Shown here: positions 53,194 to 64,000 of the stretch, one piece after another | Numbering within the stretch: the stretch's first letter is position 1 | How the letters are laid out: each line of letters opens with the position of its first letter | DNA from: Minutocellus sp. GHC0000111 | Taxonomy: Eukaryota | Length of the DNA: 64,000 nt | Reading direction: 5' to 3' | Assembly (NCBI GenBank): GCA_977018835.1 | Contig: OZ361256.1 | Span: forward strand, 7,130,001 to 7,194,000 | The notes under the pieces: model-generated | Database searches by the model: none | Told to the model about the DNA's origin: nothing | Seen by the model: only the letters and a program-made list of their open reading frames with translations | Position numbers and translations under genes: made by a program

Positions 53194-54360
53194 CTAAATT
53201 CGCCTCTTGCGACGACGGCGTCCAGATTTCTTTTCAAAGGGGGGTGTATCATCATCATCATCTCCGCTACCAGTACCAGTATCGCTAGTCTTCTTAATCT
53301 CAATGGCTGATGTATCACTAAGGCCCTTTGGTGCATCGGCATCGGCACCAGCATTACCACCACTATTTCCCTCATCATTGGATTCGTCCAAGTCCTTGAA
53401 ATATTCATTGAGCATACGATCGACTTCTTCATCTCTACCCTCTCTATAACCGCCCATGAACTCAGAGAGGCAGTTGGTCGCAAGTTTCATTTGCTCTCCC
53501 GCCCACATCTTGAGGTCCTCCTTGGTTCTAATACCGGTCTTCTCTTTGGCCTGTTCCATAAGATCTTGTCCAGTGGAATGCGCAATATTGAGATTTCGAC
53601 CAAAATTGTCTGTGACTTCCTTTTGCTTTCGTCGGAGGGCATCTTCGTCGTATTCAATCTGGTATACTACTTCCATGTCATCCTCAATCTGCTCCTCATC
53701 GACGGGAAGACCCTTTGCTCGCCGTTCCTCACGTTCTCGTTCGATCCTTTCTTCCTCCGTCTCCCAACCCTCAAAGGTGTTGTGATAGGTCGTCCAAACA
53801 TCTCGAAACAGGGTCTTCCACCCCTCCATCGTTTTAGGAAACACATACTTTCGCTGTGCTTCGACGTTTTCCGCGGGGTCCACCTGAGGTCGACCTGTTA
53901 GAATTTTATAAATGCTGTCGCTGGGCTCCTCTTCATCTTCATCTTCCTCATCACCGTTGCTATCAAAATATTCACTCTCGTCATCGTGGTGCTTTTCACC
54001 ATCGGCACCACCCTTACCACTTTCATCATCGACTGGCTTCGCCGAAACGGTGCTGAGAGTCCGATATGTGGAGCAATTGTTGCTGCCTCCAACAGGGACA
54101 CCGACTGCAGACCCAAGTAGTGCCTTTTCGGCTACGTAACATCCTCCCTCCCAAGGTCGACGTCTATGCCCCCGTTCTCCGTGGAGAACCCAAGAGTGAG
54201 CGCTGCTCGGCGATAAGCAATCGGGGACATTGGCCAGAGCAAATGTGGACTCGCAGGCATCTGCATATGATTGGTATGGCTGTGCACTGCCAGCACCACA
54301 AGTGGACTGTGACAAACGACTACGAACGATTCTAACAGTAGATCTAGATAACGAAGGCAT
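53194..54360 (-). CDS. Hypothetical protein, probable mitochondrial presequence
   Basis: 388-aa ORF with Arg/Ser-rich N-terminus and conserved-looking blocks WTTYHNTF and LSEFMGGYREGRDEE. Confidence 0.7.
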   Translation of the reverse strand: MPSLSRSTVRIVRSRLSQSTCGAGSAQPYQSYADACESTFALANVPDCLSPSSAHSWVLHGERGHRRRPWEGGCYVAEKALLGSAVGVPVGGSNNCSTYRTLSTVSAKPVDDESGKGGADGEKHHDDESEYFDSNGDEEDEDEEEPSDSIYKILTGRPQVDPAENVEAQRKYVFPKTMEGWKTLFRDVWTTYHNTFEGWETEEERIEREREERRAKGLPVDEEQIEDDMEVVYQIEYDEDALRRKQKEVTDNFGRNLNIAHSTGQDLMEQAKEKTGIRTKEDLKMWAGEQMKLATNCLSEFMGGYREGRDEEVDRMLNEYFKDLDESNDEGNSGGNAGADADAPKGLSDTSAIEIKKTSDTGTGSGDDDDDTPPFEKKSGRRRRKRRI

Positions 54361-54735
54361 GGTTGTATCGTAGCCTTCTCCTTTGTCTAAGAAGTGATCA
54401 GGCGGCTCAGTGCGTGCGTGCTCATGCAGTCAGTGCGAGGGCAGTGAAAATCGATTGCGCTTCCTGAAATGAATGCGACCGACGACGGTCAGTCGTTGTT
54501 GGAATTCACGTTTGCATTTGCATGCATTTATATTTTGCGTGGCCGCGATCGCGTTCAGCCAAGCGAAAACGCGAGAACCCTTGCTGCATGGGTATAAAGT
54601 CGGAAGTTGGAAGCATCATTTACTTCCGATTCCGATTCCAGAGCACGGCAACGCGCCCAAATGTAGGGAGCCGGCAGTGTCAATCGGATTCAACCTGGCT
54701 GGGCGTATCATTGGCCAGTGCACTGGCACTTTGCC

Positions 54736-55509
54736 ATGGGCTTTTTCATGCATCATCTTTTCACCTCATGCTCAATTGCGACTCTGCTGGTGTTTCCTTC
54801 CTTCCACTTTTCGGAGGGATTTGTCTCGCAGGTGGCGCTGGGAAGATCTTTGCACTCGTTTGAATTGGGCGCGAAGAAAAAGAAAGCGAGGAAGGACAAA
54901 GGATCGAGAAGAAAGCAGAGGGTCGTGGCATCATCGCAGAAGACATCGTCTCCCGACGATCAAAACGAAGAACCGACTGTCTCGTCCGCAACTCAGCGTA
55001 AACCAGCGACGCTCGCTGGTATATCGGAGGACCATCGGTATGAGCAGTTCTTTTACAACGAGGGAACGACGCAGCAGTTGTATCAGCTGGTAGACCTGTA
55101 TGAGAGACCTCTCCTCCTTTGCAACCCAAGCTTGGCGGTAATGGCCGAAAGGAAATCAAAGCCATATCTTCTGCTTGATCGGGATACCAGATTCGTTTTC
55201 TTATCGGGATACCGTCCCTTTAGTTTGATGGAACCGTATCTTATCAACGATTTCGACTTTGATGCTGTCTTTATTGACCCACCTTTTGCCAACGTAACTC
55301 CGGAGCAGGTGGCTCGATGTTTGAGACTGATGGGAGCGGACAAAGTGCCCCTTTTTGTGGCGTACAATTCAAGGAGGGAAGAAGCACTGCTCAATGCAAT
55401 GAATGCACTGGACGGTCCGAACCTAGAACGCAAGTGGAGTCTTAGCTATCGGGAGGGAGTCAGCCTCGACACGCAGGATTCCATTTGGCTTTACGGACCA
55501 GAGAATTGA
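54736..55509 (+). CDS. N6-adenineMlase / EEF1AKMT1(Efm5)-like methyltransferase with plastid-type presequence
   Basis: EDHRYEQFFY, LLCNPSL, LLDRDTRF, AVFIDPPF. N-terminal hydrophobic peptide ending SEG-F. Confidence 0.7.
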   Translation: MGFFMHHLFTSCSIATLLVFPSFHFSEGFVSQVALGRSLHSFELGAKKKKARKDKGSRRKQRVVASSQKTSSPDDQNEEPTVSSATQRKPATLAGISEDHRYEQFFYNEGTTQQLYQLVDLYERPLLLCNPSLAVMAERKSKPYLLLDRDTRFVFLSGYRPFSLMEPYLINDFDFDAVFIDPPFANVTPEQVARCLRLMGADKVPLFVAYNSRREEALLNAMNALDGPNLERKWSLSYREGVSLDTQDSIWLYGPEN

Positions 55510-55770
55510 ATGGGTTTGCTTTCAGAAGAGTTTTTCGGCCGGGCGGGAACGAGTGAAATTTTGTCGCAACAACAACTGGGCCGATTGTGAAAAAGGGGCA
55601 TCGTGGCATCGTATAAAGAGCTTTCATTTTTGCAGCTTTTGCAGCTACTTTACTGAACCAAACATTTGATGAATGCAAAATGCAAGCAAGTGACCAAAAC
55701 GCCCATCTAGCTAGCTAGCTAGTCTAAAATTGGGAAAAGATATAAAGATCAGTTCAGATAGACTTGACTA

Positions 55771-56670
55771 TTACAATTCTTCGTCATCGTCAGTAAGGCA
55801 CATTTGTGCAACAGGATAATTCCTGGCGTAGTTTTTGCCATAGCACCAGAGTAACTGCTCGCCAGGTTGAATATTTGTACTCGTCTTTGCCTCAAAGACG
55901 GCACCACAATACGTCAATCCATCGCTACATCCCGAACCATGGAGGTGGCCAATATTTTCCTTTTCATCTTGCAGCAATTCACCGTTCATGTTCACGATAC
56001 CCCCCGCTGACGGCTCATTGATTATGTGTGCATTGAAAAGGTAATATCTTCCTTCATCGCCGGCGGCTAATCGACGCCAGTCCACCAGAACTCTGTGATT
56101 CAAAGAGATCAAAGCTTCCTCGAACTTCTTTTCTGACAGAGGTCCCTGCACCCACCACGTTGCCTCGTCGGGACCCTTCCCGGCATCTCCCACAGGAATG
56201 GCCATCCAAGATGCACCGGTTGAATCTTCTTCTGAAGCAAACTCGACAGAGTAATACTTCCAGAAATCCTGCCAAATGTCTCTGGCTATGGTTCCATCGT
56301 CAATCCACCCGTACAGCACGTCCTTCTTCACGAGCAACGCACGGTACAGCCCAACTGTCGTGCCAGGTGGAAGAATCTCTTCACCCAAATATATAACCCC
56401 TCTTCCAGCCAATAATGGCCACTCTAATTGATCAGACGGCTTGTCTCCTGTACTGGGAACAGATCGGATCCCTTCCATTTCCGTGACAACCGTTACTGGA
56501 TCGACACCAGCCCGAAGGGCAAATCCAACCTGGTCGAGAATGTCTTTGTGAATGCGTTCCTGCTGGTCAGTGGTGAAGGCAGATCTAGCGGCTTCTGCAT
56601 CGTCGATACTTGAGGCGTATAACAATTGTATTATCGCTAAGAAATAAGAAGCCAGACATTGTTTCTTCAT
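55771..56670 (-). CDS. SET-domain protein with N-terminal signal peptide
   Basis: AGRGV (motif I), GLYRA, AHIINEPS (motif III), NIQPGEQLLWCYGKNY (motif IV). MKKQCLASYFLAIIQLLYASS signal peptide. Confidence 0.75.
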   Translation of the reverse strand: MKKQCLASYFLAIIQLLYASSIDDAEAARSAFTTDQQERIHKDILDQVGFALRAGVDPVTVVTEMEGIRSVPSTGDKPSDQLEWPLLAGRGVIYLGEEILPPGTTVGLYRALLVKKDVLYGWIDDGTIARDIWQDFWKYYSVEFASEEDSTGASWMAIPVGDAGKGPDEATWWVQGPLSEKKFEEALISLNHRVLVDWRRLAAGDEGRYYLFNAHIINEPSAGGIVNMNGELLQDEKENIGHLHGSGCSDGLTYCGAVFEAKTSTNIQPGEQLLWCYGKNYARNYPVAQMCLTDDDEEL

Positions 56671-57063
56671 TGGGGTGTGGTGGCGAACGATGTAGTACCA
56701 TTGGTACAATCGAAGAGCTTGACATCGGTTCGGTTGGGCTGCAGATTTTGACTCGATCGACCAACACACCAACTTCCGTTCAAACAAGCCAAGCTAGTTT
56801 TGTTCCAGACATGGGAAAAAATGAATGAATCTCTTGTGCCAAGGTTGAAGAAGATGCCTGCACTTGTTATTTCATCATTCAAAATCACAGGTTGTGGTTG
56901 CTGTGTGATTCTTGCCTTTTTTGCCACCACGCGGCAACGGCTCGATGTGCAGCAATGCCGGGCAATATGCCCTCACTTTTCTGCTCTCGAGGCCACATTG
57001 AACCTCTCTCCGTACCAATACCAACACATATCACATATCTACACCACCACCAACATCACCAAG

Positions 57064-58069
57064 ATGAAGACCACCCTCAGCACCATCGCCAGCACCGCCC
57101 TCTCGGCCGCCATCGTGGCCTCCTCGGCCATCGCCTCGGCCTCGGCCAACGAGCTCGACGCCGCCGCCGTGTGGAATCCAGGCCATCTACGGCGGCGGCA
57201 AGCGCATGGCCGAGCTCATCTGCCACGGCGTTGGCAACCAGGGCGTCGCCACCCAGCTCAAGATGACCGACCTCCGTGGCTACAACCTCGCCAAGGAGGG
57301 CTTCCCCTTCACCGTCACCAAGGTCAAGCGCGGCCAGCTCGACGACAACGAGGACAACGCCCTGTGGGGAGTCCAGATCGAGCACACCTACGAGGTCCTC
57401 AGTCTGCAGAAGGTCAAGCCTGTCCTCAAGGCCAAGATCGTGTACGACGACAACTACTGCATGTGGGTCGACAATACCCAGACCGCCGCCCCCACCGCCG
57501 CTCCTACCACTACTCCCATCTCTTCCGCCCCCACTCCCGTACCTCGCGGACACGGTGAGACCTGCTCCAAGTTCAAGAAGTGCGCTCCCTACAAGGACGA
57601 TGGCAAGAAGTGTAAGGTGGATGGTGTCGAGATGCCCTGCCCGGAAAAGGCCGAAGACGCCATGTACTGCGACTACTACGCCGACGAGCCTGGCGCCGAG
57701 GGCGAGGACGAGAAGAACTCCAAGAACAAGAACTCCAAGGACACCGCACCTGAGATTGGCTCCGACGCCGCCTACTACTCCCCCTTCAACCTCTTCGGCA
57801 AGTGCGAAGTATGTATCGCCTCTTCTACCGACATCATGGCGGCCATACCCTGCAAGGAGCAGGAGGGCGAGTGCTGCGACAACGCTGACTACGGCGAGTC
57901 CATGTGCGGCGAGTTGATGCACGGCGGTCCCAAGGTCTGCCGGCCGAAATGCTCCATCACCAGCGAGGTCTGTTACAGCAACGACGACTGCTGCGACAAG
58001 ATGTGCCACATCGACACATCGAAGGGCCCCGGCAAGCAGGGCATTGGCTTCTGCATGCCCCAGCACTAG
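57064..58069 (+). CDS. Secreted Cys-rich protein, paralog A (1-nt frameshift at 57175-57176; shorter N-domain)
   Basis: Signal peptide. Shares AELxCxGVGNxG..QLKMTxLRG..FxVxKxKxGxL with 58887-60140. TAAPT linker, knottin-like CC repeats, strong C-ending codon bias. Confidence 0.75.
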
Positions 58070-58886
58070 AAAGGAACAGATGATTTTTGTTCGCATCTTT
58101 TGTTGCTTCCTTTGGAGGTCCGTGGTTGGTCTCCAATAGCCTTTGTCAGATAGTTGGTCATGTGTAATGAATCTACCTGGCGAATCTATATGTAGCAAAA
58201 TGTACACTAAAGAACGATTTTGAATTGATCGTTAATACGCTTCCTTGGTACATCGTGGTCGTTTGAGGCAAAGAGTGAGGCGATAAGCGCGCCAGAGATT
58301 CCGCTTCAAAAATCGCAAGAGTCGGCCGGCCATCATGGACACATCCGCGAGTTGGCGTTGCCGCTGTGCGGCATTCAAGTATTCAGATCTGTAGGATCAG
58401 GCAATATTCGTCTGTGCCAGGGTTCCGTCATCAAGGTTTACTTGCATTTGGGTAATGTGCTATGCTTTAGCGTCTTTTGCTTGAAAGAGCTCGTGTTGTG
58501 CTCGTTTTCCATGAATTTTTTTCACAAATGGCACAAACGGACACATTGGATAAACTATCTGTTGAGAGCATCTGACACCGACACTGAGATTCTGGAGATT
58601 TTAGAAAGAAAAGTATTGGGCCATGATGATTTGCATATGAAAGCCTGCCTGCCTCTGTGATTTTGAATGTGGCGGCAGCGCATTTTTTTGACCTCGCGAA
58701 TCACGCTTTCACCTTGCTATTGCCGCGTTAATCGTCGTCATTATTTGCCCAAAACGCTGATAGTGAACGGCACATTCGTAACCTTTCCTTGCTTGGCTTG
58801 ATACCACAATACATCCCACACAACGACTTCATCTCGTTTCTCGTTACAGTTGAATTAATTTCCAACGCCAACATTGCAAAACAACA

Positions 58887-60140
58887 ATGAAGACTGCTCT
58901 CCACCTCACCACCGCCGCCGCCGTGCTGGGCACCACCTCTGCCGCCGCCGCCGAGGCCCAGAAGGACTCCAACCGTGAGCTTTGGGTTGCCAACGGCCCC
59001 GGACCCTACACCGACATCGAAAAGCCCGTCGTCAAGCCCGACCCCTACAAATGCGTCGGCTGGAGCATCGAATCGACCGAGAAGGGCGACGTCGCCTGCC
59101 TCAACGTTGGCGAGGCCATCTGCCGCGACAACGACGACCTCGGCATCTGGAAGTTCGGCCTAGACGCCACCAAGGACGGAGCCATCACCCTCTGGAACGA
59201 CCAGGACGAGGCCGTCTACCAGCACTACTTCGGCGCCACCAAGATGTGCATCAACATCATCGACCACGAGTACTGGAAATACCACTACCCCCAGTACTGG
59301 AGCATGTACGGCGGCCGCAAGCTCGAGGAGGGAGAGCAGAAGGAGGCCGAGCGCGAGCTCGGCGCTTCCTACCCCGAGGAGCCCTACATGATCATCTACG
59401 GAGACCACGTCAAGTACGCCGAGCTCTGGTGCAAGGGCGTCGGCAACACCGGCAAGGACGCCCAGCTCAAGATGACCAACCTCCGCGGCTTCACCCCCAC
59501 CATCAACGAGGCCTTCAGCGTCGTCAAGTTCAAGATGGGAGCCCTCCCCGATGATTCCGACAACAGCCTCCTTACCGTCGACGTTAAGCTTTCCGTCCCC
59601 GATGCCCACCTCAAGCACCCCTGGACCGAGCAGAAAATCGAGGTCCAGTCTGGTATCCACATCAACGATAACTTCTGCTACTGGAAGCAGTACGACGATG
59701 CCACTCCCGCACCCACCGTCAGCCAGGCTCCCAGCGTCAGCCCCGCCCCCTCCTCCTGCGTCAACGAAGCTGGCAAGGAGTGCTCCCTCGAGGCCCAGGA
59801 CTGCTGCCAGGAAGTTAGCGCTGATGGCCAGCTCTACTGCGCGCCCAAGGCCATGGAGGCTTCCTACTTCAAGCAGCCGTGGATGAAGACGCCCATGGGC
59901 GAGTGTGCCAAGTGCATCAAGACCGGCCACCAGTGCTCCAACGACTTTGAGTGCTGCGACGAAAACGAGGAGGGCAACGACGAGGACCAAGTATGCCGAG
60001 AATACATCGACGGATACAAGTACTGTACAAGGAATTGCCTCCCCAAGGGCCACTGCGAATCGGCCAGTGACTGCTGTTCCAACGACTGCCAGGATATGGG
60101 CCATGGCATCAAGCTCTGTGCTCTCTCTGATGGCTGGTAA
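58887..60140 (+). CDS. Secreted Cys-rich protein, paralog B, with RXL motifs
   Basis: Signal peptide; NREL, GRKL, EREL; APTVSQAPSVSPAPS linker; three C-x6-C-x5-CC-type repeats; strong codon bias. Confidence 0.85.
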   Translation: MKTALHLTTAAAVLGTTSAAAAEAQKDSNRELWVANGPGPYTDIEKPVVKPDPYKCVGWSIESTEKGDVACLNVGEAICRDNDDLGIWKFGLDATKDGAITLWNDQDEAVYQHYFGATKMCINIIDHEYWKYHYPQYWSMYGGRKLEEGEQKEAERELGASYPEEPYMIIYGDHVKYAELWCKGVGNTGKDAQLKMTNLRGFTPTINEAFSVVKFKMGALPDDSDNSLLTVDVKLSVPDAHLKHPWTEQKIEVQSGIHINDNFCYWKQYDDATPAPTVSQAPSVSPAPSSCVNEAGKECSLEAQDCCQEVSADGQLYCAPKAMEASYFKQPWMKTPMGECAKCIKTGHQCSNDFECCDENEEGNDEDQVCREYIDGYKYCTRNCLPKGHCESASDCCSNDCQDMGHGIKLCALSDGW

Positions 60141-60244
60141 TTGCGCCTCGCTCAGTATGAAATTAGCTACCTAGAGGTCCTAGCTACGTATCATGCTCTG
60201 CCTCTTGAGGGGCGAAATCAAAAATGCAATACCATCTTTTTCAT

Positions 60245-63162
60245 TTACAACCGCCCCAGCACTGCGGCTGCGCTTGTCGCCTTGACTTTCCTACGATTCA
60301 ATATCGATATTGCATCTTCCAATTCGATGCCCCCAAAACCTTTCGATTCCAGCATCGACTTCGCCGTTTCATGAAGCATCCCATCATGCTCGAAGGGTTG
60401 TGAGGGAATATAATTCATACCCGGAGAAAGATGGGGCATTGCGTCAGCGGCCAAACCAAACAGAACATCTCGAAGCGACTGGATTTGCTTGTCTTCGGCA
60501 CACATCAGACGAGCTAGCACGACGAGACGACCAAAGATCCCATCAGGCTGTATGGTGATATGGGTAAAATTCTGATCTGACGTATTATTCATCACGTCAT
60601 TTACAGAATCAAACATGGCATGCATGAGCTGTACATCCGATAGGAGCTGCAGGGCCCCACTCCTCTGGATTTCAGGTATCGATCCAGAAGGGTCCGAAAT
60701 TAGCTCTTCAAATTTTTCCTCAATTCTACTTCCAACGTTAGCCATGATGGCAGTCGCAGCATTGTCTATGAAGGGGGGGCTGTCGTGGGCGCCGGGCCTA
60801 TCGCTAGACGAGTGGACCATGCAAAGTTTGTCAAAGATTGATAACAAAACTCCCAAAGGTTGTTCGAGCTTCTTTGACGTGGCAGGCATATCACCAGCGG
60901 TTGAAGATAAAACAACGTCCCCCATGGCATCGCCCATGAGGCGATTTGGGGCCGTCATAAAATAGCTCGCAAGCCCAGATCGTTCCATGAGAACCGTCTC
61001 TACAAGTGTCGATGAATATTCTTCAACGATCGCATTCCGGAGCTTGTGCATGGACTGTGAGAGACGGAGAAGGTCCTGGTCTTGCCCACCAGGTGTCGCA
61101 AGTGTAGAATTAACTGTACCATGAATGACTGGAGTTTGTGCTGCCAATACCTGCTGATTTGCAGGCGTAAAAGGTTTTATGGGCATGGGAGTTCTCCCTC
61201 GGTCATTATTGGATTTGAATGTTGTGGCTGGGACAGTGGGAACGATCGTGTTCGAATTGGATGGGGACGATTCGAGCGCTAAAATTGCCATATCAATTCC
61301 ACAAATTAGGTCCAGCCAGTCCTGAAGATTCAGAAGAAGGGCCTCAAGATCCATCTCGGCACTCCGTCGACCTGCCGCACGGAGCATGGAATCACGGAAG
61401 CTTGTTGCCGCTTCGTGCATGCAATCCATGGCATAAGTTGTTAGCGGTACGGCAGTTCCTGCAATAAATTTGCGTTTTGTACCTATGGACGACTTGAGGG
61501 CACAAGATTTCGCCAGTATTGATGTTATCAATGATGCATATTGTTCGGCTAGAGGGGACAACGGAGCAATGGTACCCCCTTGGGTAACCAACACGGGCGC
61601 AACGCTGAGTGAGTCCATCCCACGCCTTTGTTCGGTGTCGATCCAAAGGTCCAACAGTGGTGGGTTCTTCAGTAGAAGCTTGAGGGTGATCCCTTTCCTA
61701 TGGATATCAGTCACCCCGGCGTTCTGATCCGATTCCTCCGATAAAAGATCTTGCGCAAAGACATCAAATCGCAGACATTGTTCAATGCCATCCATGAGTG
61801 CCTTGGCGCCAGCCTCGATGGGCGTTCGGGACGAGAGTGAACGCACATAATCACGTCGTTGCATCACATCAGCGACGAGAGTCGACACCACCGACAGTAG
61901 ATACGAAACCATGGCGCCAGACGATGACGGAGAAGTGAACGGATGATGGCGCAAGAATATATCCGCTCGATTGTTTGCATCTGTGGCACTCGCCATATCG
62001 CTGTCATCGGTGCCGTGCGATTCCTGGTTCATGTACTGCCGGACCGACAATCGATACTGCTCCGCCTCGGATCGAATCACGGGCAGCAGTCCATCGAGCA
62101 AAACTCCCAAGATACCGCACCCGTCGTCATCATCCATACGGATGGTGGCGTTCTCACCCTCCTCGGCACCTGTGATGGCATTTTGAACATATCGAAACAA
62201 CCATCGCGGCAGCTCGGCAAGGTTGGACGAGGTCATGCGAATCTGACCACCGCTGCTACCACCAGTGCCAGACTCATTAACAAAATGAAAATGAACTCTC
62301 TTTACGAGGGGTCGGATCAGTTCATCAACAACGTCCAACCTTGTGCCCATTCAACTGTTGTTGTCATTGTCACCATTACGTTCACCACCATCATAATCAC
62401 CATAGGCATCATTGGCGAAATCACCATCTCCGTCGGCCCCATTCACATGTGCCATCAGAGCATCATGGTACAACTGAAGGCGGACCAATAGGGCCACCAC
62501 CGTCGTGAGTTCCGTTGCCACACCACCGCCCTCCCATTCCGGTGCCACCGACTGCTCCAGCGCATCCCTCAGCGCCCGACACACGCCGACGGTGACGGAT
62601 AGGTCCCGCTACCACCACCCTCGTTGCGAAGGCAGCGGCGAAATTCCAGCAGCAATTTGGCCCGGACTCGGGTGTGGTAGGGTCGGTAGCCCTCCATGAG
62701 GATGCGAGTGTAGGGCGGTTGGTGGGTGGGATCGTGTCGCGTCCGCTTGGATCGCCGCGGCGGATCCTGTGGGCTGTGCCGGCAGAGGATCTGGCTGAGT
62801 GCGGCGACGGACCGGACCTCGGCGGTGAGACTTTCAATGCCAACGTGGCCGTGGCCTTGGTCGCCGTCGGGGTTCTGAGGATGGAACTGGCGCAGGTATG
62901 TGGCGTATTCCGACGCCAGCTCGAGGTCTGACACCTGTCGCTGCAACATTGGCAACCGTTGCGGCGGTGGAATAGACTGTAACAATGACGCCGTCGCTGT
63001 TGGATTGGCTACCGGTTGCTCCGCCGATTTCGCCTCGCTATTATCTTGCCCCCGTCCGGTATTATTTGCACGTCGACTTTGTTCGCGTTCGAGGGCCGCC
63101 TGGGCCAACTCCACCGCGTCCAATTCGTCGGCCAGGAACGTTGAGGATGCGGTAGAAGCCAT
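60245..63162 (-). CDS. RINT1/Tip20-like tethering protein (2-nt frameshift ~62582 and in-frame TGA 62351-62353)
   Basis: LIRPLVKRVHFHFV..SNLAELPRWLFRYV, CLRFD, LLDLWIDTE, GALQLLSDV resemble RINT1/Tip20 blocks. ORFs 62569-63264, 62351-62584 and 60245-62350 are collinear. Confidence 0.65.
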
Positions 63163-63662
63163 GGTGAGGGAAAACTGGCGCGGTAAAGGAGAGCGCTTGT
63201 GGCAAGCTACGTAGCTAGGGGCGGGCAGCAGCGGCGCAACCAACGAACAAAAGCGGCATCGCATCGGGCATCAATCGACCGCGCGCGGCAAGGCCTGGAA
63301 ATCATCATCACCGGACTCCTTCCACGTGGAAGGCCACGGCGACGTCCACAGCGCAGGCAGCAGCAGCAGTCCGTTCAATCAATAAAATTTTGTTTGCCAA
63401 ACCATTGTTGCCACAATGAATTGAGACAAGTGATCTTGCCTTACAGTACCGGGAGGTTGTGTTTCTTATTTGAAAGCTAATATTACGAATTGGAAACGAG
63501 GTCTCCAGGGATGGAGCTGTTTTAATAATAATGAATAATGCTGCTTTGTTCACGCATGAATATATAATAAAAAATACAAGCACCGACCGTACGACGACGA
63601 CGACCTTCTTGCTGCCTGGCGTCTCTATCTAGAGTGATCTACCGGTAAAGGAGATATCTAGG

Positions 63663-64000
63663 CTAATCCTCCAAACCTTCAAGTTCTCTTGCAATCTCGG
63701 CCTCAAGGTCGTCCATATCCTCGGCCTCGCCTTCGCCGTCGGTGGCGCCGGCACCAACGCCGCTGCCGACCATTTCATATGGGGAGTAGTCCGATGCGGA
63801 AGAGTTTTGCGAGATGGACGGGCCACCAGCAGCCGGGCCACCTGCACCAGATGATATGGAAGGCGCACCGCCCGTGGAGGGGGCGGAGAGGCTTGCACCG
63901 ACGGAGGCGGTGGCCGCCGCCCCAGCATCGTCAAGGACGTCACTCACCGGCCGAGCGGGAGAGGCCGGTTCGAACGTAATGGTTTCGTCTACCGGGTGCT
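63663..64000 (-). CDS. C-terminal end of an unknown protein (5' part outside window)
   Basis: Open frame from the edge ending in acidic ..EDMDDLEAEIARELEGLED*. Confidence 0.6.
   Translation of the reverse strand, partial: HPVDETITFEPASPARPVSDVLDDAGAAATASVGASLSAPSTGGAPSISSGAGGPAAGGPSISQNSSASDYSPYEMVGSGVGAGATDGEGEAEDMDDLEAEIARELEGLED

Noticed and set aside
58325..58660. Possible small gene between the secreted paralogs
   Set aside because: No ATG-led frame with recognisable homology.
62351..62353. TGA recoding (Sec/Trp) in the RINT1-like gene
   Set aside because: TGA is used as a normal stop in many genes here, and this gene also has a frameshift.

Overview
Eukaryotic nuclear DNA, most likely from a diatom. 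This is inferred from GT-AG introns of about 120-310 nt, bipartite 'AF'-motif plastid presequences, and HA-domain, DUF6824, diatom-type LRR and RXL-motif proteins. About 30 protein-coding loci are present, including OvoA, HemE, condensin CAP-H, ICT1/ArfB, CreA, FUN14, Nudix, PAF-AH and RINT1/Tip20. Main points: (1) An operon-like urease locus, with urease head-to-head with ureG and a single UreD-UreF fusion ORF 3 kb away. (2) A CDPK-like kinase with about 250 aa of ankyrin repeats inside its activation loop, knocked out here by a 751-bp TIR element in exon 2. (3) Pervasive TA-bounded palindromes (TAGGAATTCCTA x5, TACATGTA, TACCGGTA and others) that look like stacked Tc1/mariner excision footprints, alongside TA-flanked MITEs and a decayed DD38D transposase. 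(4) An inverted pair of HA-domain genes whose 474-bp domain region is homogenised. (5) A signal-peptide SET-domain gene next to two secreted Cys-rich paralogs. Many genes carry 1-2 nt frameshifts in homopolymers, probably assembly errors, and some show real truncations. All calls come from reading motifs by eye; no searches were run.
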